Source: Octopus sinensis
Lineage: Eukaryota
DNA length: 64,000 nt
Assembly (NCBI RefSeq): GCF_006345805.1
Contig: NC_042997.1
Span: forward strand, 138,694,001 to 138,758,000
Direction of reading: 5' to 3'
The notes under the pieces are model-generated. The model saw only the letters and a program-made list of their open reading frames with translations. It was not told the origin of the DNA and did no database searches. Both the position numbers and the translations under genes were made by a program. Of the stretch, positions 55,024 through 64,000 are shown in pieces; within the stretch, counting starts at the first letter, position 1; each line of letters begins with the position of its first letter.

Positions 55024-56801
55024 CACAGTGACCTCAGGCCTTAAAACAGCAACGACTGCACCCTTGGTATTATCAACTTTCAACTACTCAGTACATCTTG
55101 ATGCAAATAGGTATAATAGATAGTAGTAGGTCTACTCTGTTAGATTCAAAGCTTTGGATAAATAAATTCTTCCGTGACACTAGAGAGGTCAGCCGTTCCA
55201 TTGCTTATGTTCAAATTTTCAAACCTTATATAAATGATATAGTTCAACTTTTGTTTTTCACTTGTTTCAGTCATTGAACAGAGGCCATGCAGGGGCATCG
55301 CTTTGAAGGGTTCGGCAGGCTTTTTAAAATTTCTGTCTACCAAATCCACTCATAAGGTTTTGGTCGGTCCGGAACTATAGCAGAAGATACTTGTCCCAAG
55401 TGCCTCGCAATGAGACTAGACCCAGAACCATGTAATTCAGAAGCAAATTTACCCCATACACCTGCGCCTTGATTTACACCTGCTCCTATATTCACACCTG
55501 CGGTTATGGCAGCCACACTTGCGCCTAAAACAAACCCATATTCGTACATATTATTGTGCAATTCAATGTTTTATCAACTCTGTCATTAGTTGAATGGTTC
55601 TCCTCGGCGTACCGCAACGTATTTGTGCGTTGCAAGGGGTACCTAAAAATATTTTTGATTTTCAAAAATATTTTTTAAGGATTTAGTAAATACATAATGT
55701 TTAAGCGTCTTGAAAAACTTGTTATTCATAATACTGTAACATGTAACAAGGAATTGTTTTCTGTTTATAACCTTGAGAAGGCAAAATTTATTTATTTTAT
55801 TTATCTATTTACGTATTTTGGCTTTCGAATACAAAGCTCCATTTAACTGAAGTTGTTTCACTGAGTATTTATTGCGCAAATATCCATTATCAGGTGCGAA
55901 CAAGTCAGTGTATTTATGAAGCTCGCTTTGCTGTCCTGTGATTTCAGGTTCCGTCTCACGGCACAGCTCCTTGGGCAAGTGTCTTCTTACTATAACCCCA
56001 AATCGACCAATATCACATGAGTGAATACCGGGTTGGATGTCATTTTTCTCGGCTCCCGACATTTCTCTTCTACTATTTTCTTCTCTTTTAATTATTCTAT
56101 TTCCTTGATAAAATTTCTTTCTGGCGTTACTCATTACAATTCCTCTTGGCCTAACGGCCCTTAATGTTTGTCTTCGTCGATTGTTTACTCTGTACGCGTA
56201 ATTTGGACCAGCCCTTTAGGCATTAAATACTCATAGAGTTGGTTTTCTCTGTGTACACAACCGAAATATTCTATCTGATATTTCGACTCTCACCAACCAC
56301 AGGCCGGAACCACAGACATTACTCACCCCTACCAAGTGCATACCTTTTGAAGTGCCTCATTCTATCGAAATCCTCCTCTTACTCCTTACGCGTGCACACA
56401 CACCTACACACACACACACACACACACGCACACACACACACAGTGACCTCAGGCCTTAAAACAGCAACGACTGCACCCTTGGTATTATCAACTTTCAACT
56501 ACTCAGTACATCTTGATGCAAATAGGTATAATAGATAGTAGTAGGTCTACTCTGTTAGATTCAAAGCTTTGGATAAATAAATTCTTCCGTGACACTAGAG
56601 AGGTCAGCCGTTCCATTGCTTATGTTCAAATTTTCAAACCTTATATAAATGATATAGTTCAACTTTTGTTTTTCACTTGTTTCAGTCATTGAACAGAGGC
56701 CATGCAGGGGCATCGCTTTGAAGGGTTCGGCAGGCTTTTTAAAATTTCTGTCTACCAAATCCACTCATAAGGTTTTGGTCGGTCCGGAACTATAGTAGAA
56801 G

Positions 56802-56804
<3 letters not shown>
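55024..56804 (+). repeat. 366-bp near-perfect direct duplication (55024-55389 and 56439-56804)
   Basis: Identical ORFs 55146-55349 and 56561-56764. I saw a single mismatch (55381 c vs 56796 t). Confidence 0.92.
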
Positions 56805-56852
<48 letters not shown>

Positions 56853-56914
56853 TAATAATAATAATAATAATATGGGTGATTTAGTCGCAATTTTACAACT
56901 TAAAGGTAGAAATG

Positions 56915-57194
56915 TAGACGTCCCTAAAGTGACAAATCAGCACCAGTATTGCTAAAAATAATAGTAAAAAACCCAAATCTTATAAAATGACAAGGCGAGC
57001 TGACGCAGTGAGAGCCACTGATGAGCATTAAAATGCGAAATCATCGACGACCTGGCAGTGTCCGCTGCTGTAGGGATCTTGCTTCTCTTGTCAGTCATTA
57101 AGATATTGTTTTTCGTAGTTATTGAGTTGTTTTGTCTCTTATTTCTAGCAACACTGGTGCTGATTAGTGCCCTTTGTCACTTTAGTGACATCTA
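56915..57194. mobile_element. 280-bp fold-back element with a hammerhead motif at its apex
   Basis: tagacgtccctaaagtgacaaatcagcaccagtattgctaaaaataa pairs with ttatttctagcaacactggtgctgattagtgccctttgtcactttagtgacatcta. Looser pairing continues inward to the hammerhead. Confidence 0.8.
57005..57068 (+). ncRNA. Type I hammerhead ribozyme, probably inactivated (U16.1 to C)
   Basis: gcagtg-aga-gcca CTGATGA gcat-taaa-atgc GAAA tca-tcga-cga CC tggc-agtgtc-cgctgc. Core and stem II are perfect, stem I is bipartite with an internal loop, and there are two transitions in the otherwise palindromic stem III. Confidence 0.8.
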
Positions 57195-57207
57195 TATATA
57201 TCTATGT

Positions 57208-57514
57208 GGAGGCACATGGCCTAGTGGTTAGAGCAGTGGACTCGCAGTCGAGGGATCGCGGGTTCGAATCTCAGACCGTGTGATATGTGTGTTTATGAAC
57301 GAAACACCTAAGTTCCACGCGGCTCCGGCAGAAGGTAATGGCGAAACTTCTGCTGACTCTTTCGCCACAACTTTCTCTCACTCTTTCCTCCTGCATCTTG
57401 CAGTTCACCGGCGTCCCATCCGTCCAGGTGGGGAACCTATACGCCAAGGAAACCGGGAAACCGGCCCAATGAGCCGGGCGTGGCTCGAGAAGGAACAAAC
57501 AACAACAACAACAA
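57208..57514 (+). mobile_element. tRNA-derived SINE with (CAA)n tail (family F)
   Basis: tggcctagtggttagagc (box A) and ggttcgaatc (box B). 3' end ggaaaccgggaaaccggccc...gaaggaacaaacaacaacaacaa. Confidence 0.8.
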
Positions 57515-57964
57515 TATATATCTTTATATATATATATATATATATACATACATATAAATACACGCACGTACACACACACATACACACATATGATGGAAGT
57601 CAACTCGTGACTTCCTAAACTCAGTAAGTTCGTGCATAGTGTTGCACAGCACTGAACCAATTTTCAGTGAAATCATCTATAAGGCCAAAAGCATATCACC
57701 AATTAAGACAACCAGAAACCAACTGTATTTCAGATTTTTTTCTTGTACGGGATTACCAGCTCCTAGGAGGAAGTTCCAACGAGAACTAGGAATCATTCAC
57801 TTTCAATTGTTCACATGTTGGTCAACCCATAAATAGATCGCTAACAGATGCTACCATGCTGCGTCAGAATAGAACTGGGAGTAATGGTCTCTGATAGGTG
57901 GTTCCACATTTCCCAGTCCTGAAATTCTTGTATCACGGCCCCTCTGTCCAATGTATTTAAAGTA

Positions 57965-59253
57965 ATTAGAACTAAACTGCAACGCCCAAAATAGAATCTA
58001 GTTTGCCATTTATTCCACTACGTCCACTGTTCTTGCCACGCATGGAATTTTATCGCAATTTAGACTCATCGAACATTGTCATTATCCCATAAACTGGATG
58101 CTCGAAGGGTCAACTGTCCTGGTAAACTGCTTCCGGTAGCGGGGTCCTGGTTCTGGAGTTCCAGAGTTTTGAGGGGTGTGAAACAACATCTTAGCCACTA
58201 TTGCTCCCAGGTCTACTCTGACCCGGTATAGTAGCACGTGTCAGGGCCCCAGCTATGGTTTCACTAGTAAATGAGCGACAGAACGTAGAAATATTTCAAA
58301 TGATGTCCGAAATACCGCTAAGCATTTTGTTCGGCATGCTAATGGTTCTGTCCCACTCGCCGTCTTTCTATTGAAAAATAATCCTTTCTACTATAAGCAG
58401 AAGGCTTGAAATTTTGGGGAATGGGGATAGTCAATTAAATCGCCCGGAGTACTCAACGGGTACTTAATTCATCGACCCCAAATGGATGAAAGGCGGAGTC
58501 AACCTCGGCGGAATCTGAGCTCAGAATGCGAAGACGGACGAAATGTTAAGCATTTTATCCGGCAAGTTAATGTTTCTGAACCCCCACTCACCACCTTTCT
58601 ATTGAAGAATAATGCAAATAAAATAACTTCAAAAATATCGACTAAAGTAAATAATACTTTAAGAAATGGCAACAGTAATTCACCTGTGAGTGATTCCGTT
58701 ACTTCTACTTCGAGACTTAGCGAAATCATTAAAAGTATATGCTTGTTAATGTTATTGTTTATGTTGTTTGGGGTTGGAACGAGAATAAATTTCAAGAATT
58801 AAGTATTAACTCATTATCTGTATCGATGCTCTGGACAGAAAATAAAAACGTTCAAATAATCAATAATCATTATCGAGATAACATTTCCATGCTATAACTA
58901 AGCAAATATTATTCTCTTATCAAGCCATTGAGACAAACATTCATTGTTGTTCTGAATATCTTCTGATATTTTGACACCAGCATTTTAGCTGGCTTCGTCG
59001 GTCGTGGTCGCTGTTTTATTATTCTTTTCTTCCCTTACTTTCACTTTCCCTATTCGAAATACACTTAAAGGACGACGATGTCACGAACAACATTCATTTA
59101 ACCGTTGACCCTTCGAGCATCCAATTTATGGGATAATGACAATGTTCGATGAGTCTAAATTACGATAAACTTCCATGCGTGGCAAGAACAGTGGACGTAG
59201 TGGAATAAATGGCAAAGTAGATTCTATTTTGGGCGTTGCAGTTTAGTCCTAAT
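57965..59253. repeat. 150-bp inverted repeat pair (57965-58114 and 59104-59253)
   Basis: About 5 mismatches by eye. Spacer of about 990 bp containing SINE fragments. Confidence 0.9.
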
Positions 59254-59258
59254 ATTCT

Positions 59259-59360
59259 TTGCCTTTCATCCTTTCAGTTAGATAAATTAAGTACTGGAGT
59301 CGATCTAATCGACTGGCCCCCTCCCACAAAATTTCGGGCCTTGTGCCTAGAGTAGAAAAG
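59259..59360 (+). mobile_element. 5'-truncated SINE family B with 8-bp TSD
   Basis: aatattct at 59251-59258 and 59361-59368 flanks ttgcctttcatcctttc...gtgcctagagtagaaaag. Confidence 0.7.
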
Positions 59361-60833
59361 AATATTCTGGGAGGATGAATGTGCAATGCTAGTTTATTCC
59401 TAGTCGAGTCATTTCATTGCACTTGCACTTCGTAACTGAGGTGTTTCTTGCTATAATCAACCGCAATTAAAAGGGGCTAGTCCTCAACACATTTCAAGTG
59501 GTTGTTCTACAAACCTTTGGAGATTATAGAACAATCAGCAAAAGTTTGTTAGAGGCTTGGCTGTGTGGTTGAGAAATTTGCTTTGTAAACCATATAGTTT
59601 CAAGTTCGATTACACTGCGAGTTTGTTTGGCCGAGTGAATTCTATTATAAGCTCTGATTGACCAATAACTTACGATTGAACGTTAAGAAAAGAAGGACAT
59701 GTGGAAGCCCGTCGCATGCATACGTACGTGCACATAGCTTCGTGTTGACCCATGTCTTGCAATTGATTTGGATAATTAGAAGCTGTACAGAATCCTGTCT
59801 GATGGACTGTACGTGTAATTCAACGACTCAGCCTTGACATATACGTGTCACACCAATTCTGCTTAAGAATTACGTTAACTGTACCAAATATAAACTGATA
59901 GTACTGAACCAATTACTTACGCTTATTCTATGACTAGGCTGTGCAGATGATAGAACAACTTGACCTCATGAGTCGAAGTTGATGCGAGGCATCATCATCT
60001 TTCATTGATGTAAATCGGCAAAGAAACCAGCAAAGAAAGTAACTTACGAACGAAATCTCTTGCAATTTTCACTCTACTCCGAATTATATTTCTTTGTTAC
60101 ACTTACTTCTGGAAATGCAGCGAGCCAGTGAATGGCTCATCTGAAACTTGTAACTAACGACTCTATTGTTCACAAATTACTTTATAAAATAATTAACAAA
60201 TAATTACAATAAACATTCTGGGTCAGAATTAAGATCGGGATCTAATATTACAATCTGAATGAATATGGCGTCAGGTTGACAACGAAAATGGCTTCCTGTT
60301 TTATTACCCTTGCACATCAGAGAACCCGAAGCTTGTATTGCAGCTTAACGAGCGCTCATTAATTACATAATATTCCTGGCAGTTATAGCAGTGTGTTAGA
60401 TGAGCTATATTGCCGAACGCTTAATCACGAAAACCCTGGTTCGAATCTACCGGATGTCATCTTGAATATGTGGATATTATTATTTCCGAAAGCCTCGGGT
60501 TAATCTATGCCTTGGAAGCGGTACTGGGTAGTAGGAGCCCACAAATTGGCGATTACATGATCGTCAGTATTCTTGGCCCATCTTTCCCGAGCCGCGAGAG
60601 CCACGAGCAGAGTTCTGCTGAAATATGTATGCTTCCTGCCTCGTCCGGTAATTCTAGCATGTAAAAACTTTGTTGTCTTCTCTTTAATTTCACTTCTATC
60701 AACTTTTTTCTGAAGAAGGATTCTGTTGGAAACGTTGGATTTTCCAATCCGCACAGCTCGTTCACAAAACTCTTTGCCTATTTTTCTAAACAATAAAGTC
60801 TTGCTGATGCACACTACCAGCAGATTCTTTGGA

Positions 60834-60927
<94 letters not shown>

Positions 60928-60941
60928 ATTATATTATATAT

Positions 60942-61004
<63 letters not shown>

Positions 61005-61185
61005 TATATATATATAATATATATATATAGTTGCAGCGTGGAAGGTGTTTATAAGCCATTTAAGAAACACACAAAAGCCGTTCGATTCACTTCAACATTT
61101 AAGTTTAATTTGTCAAAATATTTTCGACGCTAAAATCCGCGACCTGTTCACTAAGGAAATTAGACATGGTAAACAATGCTAAAAT

Positions 61186-61863
61186 AATTTTTCATGAAGT
61201 ATATTTTAGTACGGGTTTCCGTTTTTTAGACTTTTTCAACTAAAAGTAAACTAAGAAAAAGAATTAAATTGAAGAAAATATTTGTAAATATTTCTATAGT
61301 CTTCAAAGAGGTAAATATTTCCATAGTTTTCAGATAGTCTGTCTCTATCTCTCTTCCTTTGTGAATGCTTGGTAGGTAGGTAGTAGTAAATTTGAAGGAA
61401 TACTTTATGAGTACAGAGAATTGATGGTTTAAGCAGGAGCAGTCGAGAAACCATCAATTCTCAGTACTCATAAACTATTCCTTCATATTTACTACTACCT
61501 ACCAAGTATTCACAAAGTAAGATGCTGGAGTTGAACTAGGGACAGCTGATGAAGGGGATTTTTCCTTGTGTAGTTGTCTTGTACTCTGTTTTTTTTGTTG
61601 TTAAAAAAATGGTCCGTTCCATGCTGTTTTTACTTTTTCGTTTCACGTTGAATTCTACGTCTATTTGTGGTGTCCTGTACACACGTATATATATTTATAT
61701 ATGCATGTATATATACATGTAGATGTAGGTACGTACATATATGTTTGTATGTATGCATATATTTTATTTATTACACTATTGTATGACTGAGCGCCCTCGC
61801 GTCGATTCGATTCGTTTCGTTTCGTTTCGTTTCGTTTCTTCTTCTTCTCTAAGCTGGTTTTTA

Positions 61864-61947
<84 letters not shown>

Positions 61948-62112
61948 CACACACACACACACACACACAAACTATATGAAGACTATGGAAATATTTACAA
62001 AACATTTCACTTAATTTCTTTTCTCCAATTTAATTGTTCTTCTTATTTTACACTTAGTTGAAAATGTTTAAAAGGCGGAAACCGGTACTAAAATGTACTA
62101 TATGATAAAAAT
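61186..62112. repeat. Diverged inverted repeat pair (61186-61305 and 61977-62112)
   Basis: Reverse complement of the left arm (tgaagactatagaaatatttacaaa...cggaaacccgtactaaaat) aligns to the right arm (tgaagactatggaaatatttacaaa...cggaaaccggtactaaaat). Confidence 0.75.
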
Positions 62113-62514
62113 ATTTTAGCATTTTCTACCTTCTACATACATACATACATACATACATACATACATACATACATACGTGCATACATACATACATACATAC
62201 ATACATACAAACATACATACATACGCAGACACACACACAGACACACAAACAGACAGACAGACACACGGACACACAGACACACGGACACACACACACACAC
62301 ACACACATACACATACACACACACACATAAAGGTTCGATTCTCTGTAAAGAAAGCTGGCCACTTTCTCCGGTTTTCTAAAGAGTATCTATTCGATTTTCT
62401 AAGCTCTTTTCACAGCCATCTTGCATTCGAGGATTCCTTTATTTAGCCGTAGAATACCGACACACTCGGCGCTTTTAAGTTTGTTTACAATATACATATA
62501 TATATATTCTTTTC

Positions 62515-62676
62515 ATAAGCTTAAAGCTTATAAGAGTTCGCTGTGTATTGACTAAAGAAAATAGTCTGATATTGGGGCATATAAACCCACGACGGCAAAA
62601 AAGAGCTTATATGCCTCAATATCAGTGTATTTTCTTTTGTCAAAACACGGCGAATCCTTATAAGCTTTAAGCTTAT
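62515..62676. repeat. About 160-bp fold-back (about 73-bp stem), dispersed family
   Basis: ataagcttaaagcttataag...ctgatattggggcatataa pairs with ttatatgcctcaatatcag...cttataagctttaagcttat. One arm also occurs at about 3097-3170. Confidence 0.8.
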
Positions 62677-62757
62677 CAAATTATCATTATTATTATTTAC
62701 AGTATTGTAAAAAACACGGCATCGCTTATCAAATCATCGCGTATATATGTATATATG

Positions 62758-62820
<63 letters not shown>

Positions 62821-62838
62821 ATATAAATATGTATGTAT

Positions 62839-62888
<50 letters not shown>

Positions 62889-62922
62889 ATATATATATAT
62901 ATATAATTTATTATATAAAAGG

Positions 62923-62973
62923 AGCTTCTACAGGACTAGAACTGTTTCATTCAAGAGAAATCTTCAGGAAGCT
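62923..62973 (-). ncRNA. Minimal type I hammerhead ribozyme, one mismatch at the base of stem II
   Basis: Minus strand agcttc CTGAAGA tttc-tctt-gaat GAAA cag-ttctagtc-ctg TA gaagct: 6-bp stem I, stem III acag/ctgt, GUA triplet, U10.1-U11.1 mismatch. Confidence 0.75.
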
Positions 62974-63321
62974 AGTTAACAGGAATTGTATTGGCATTTA
63001 TACATTTAGGCAGGTTTAAAGGGGTGGTGGTGGGGGACTTTTTTGGGGGTAGGCATAGCGCAAAAAAATCATACTTGGGGGAGTGGTCAAGGAATCAGTG
63101 GTAAATTAGATAGTAGAATAAATAAAAGAATAAAAAAAGGGAGAATAAAAAAATATATAGAAGAATAGAGTTTTAGGTAAATAAAGAAAATCTCACTTAT
63201 ACCTATACACATATGTATACATATATACACACACACACACACATATACATACTCACATACATACACACACACCCATATATATATATATACACACACACAC
63301 ATACATATACATACATATATC

Positions 63322-63376
<55 letters not shown>

Positions 63377-63584
63377 ATATATACATACACATATACATGC
63401 ATATACATATACACACACACATGTATATATACACACACACACGACCACACATACACATACACACAAAAAAATATATACATACACACACATACACATACAC
63501 ACATACACACACATATATATCCACATACACACATGCACACACAACACGCACAAGTCCCTATATACTCATATATACTTATACACA

Positions 63585-63638
<54 letters not shown>

Positions 63639-64000
63639 CATATGTGTACCTATTCATACCTACACATACACACATATATACATACAAATACAAACCCATT
63701 CCCTAATTTTAATTTTATTATCTTCATTTATTACTTTTGTTATCTTTGACCGCTGGTCACAAGCATCTTGGCTACGACATCTAGTCCCTTTTATCTTTCT
63801 ACTTGAGCACAAGCACTCACTCACGCACGCACACTCGTTAGCACGCACACTCACTCATTCGTACACTCATACACATACACGCACGCACGCGTTATATTCA
63901 TGCATACATACATCTACATACATACACATATATACACATACGTACGCGTACCTACAGATTCATGTCTACAATCTTAGAAGACTAGTCTATACATATACAC

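Noticed and set aside
56227-56292. Hairpin set resembling a hammerhead (agagttg/cgactct, GAAA-tat..ata-TT)
   Set aside because: The CUGANGA half of the core is entirely absent.
57208-57275. tRNA-like sequence with box A and box B
   Set aside because: No proper acceptor stem, and it continues into a SINE body with a (CAA)n tail, so it is a SINE head rather than a tRNA gene.

Overview
AT-rich, microsatellite-saturated animal genomic DNA. The repeat landscape looks cephalopod (Octopus-like); this is an inference from repeat style, not a database result. I could not recognise a host protein-coding exon, so the window is probably intergenic or inside a large intron. Most short ORFs in the track are microsatellite artefacts. 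It is a transposable-element mosaic. Retroelements: a full-length but frameshifted RTE LINE with an 11-bp TSD (4211-8081), a Penelope-like RT/GIY-YIG remnant (1420-3020), at least six R4/Dong-type RLE retrotransposon pieces sitting in or against (AAT)n, and CRE, L1/Tx1, CR1-like and Gypsy fragments. DNA transposons: two mariner relics and a Tigger-like MITE. Short elements: several tRNA-derived SINE families, a 5S rRNA-derived fragment and a ~560-bp non-autonomous element that also sits in (AAT)n. The most interesting signal is RNA-structural. Between 43 and 63 kb there are several sequence-unrelated type I hammerhead ribozyme motifs: one apparently intact, one near-intact, others decayed. They sit in small, mostly microsatellite-flanked and often fold-back elements, which suggests a diverse retrozyme-like system mobilised by Penelope-like elements. 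A second system is a nested (AAT)n landing pad shared by Dong-like LINEs, their non-autonomous partner and SINE arrays.
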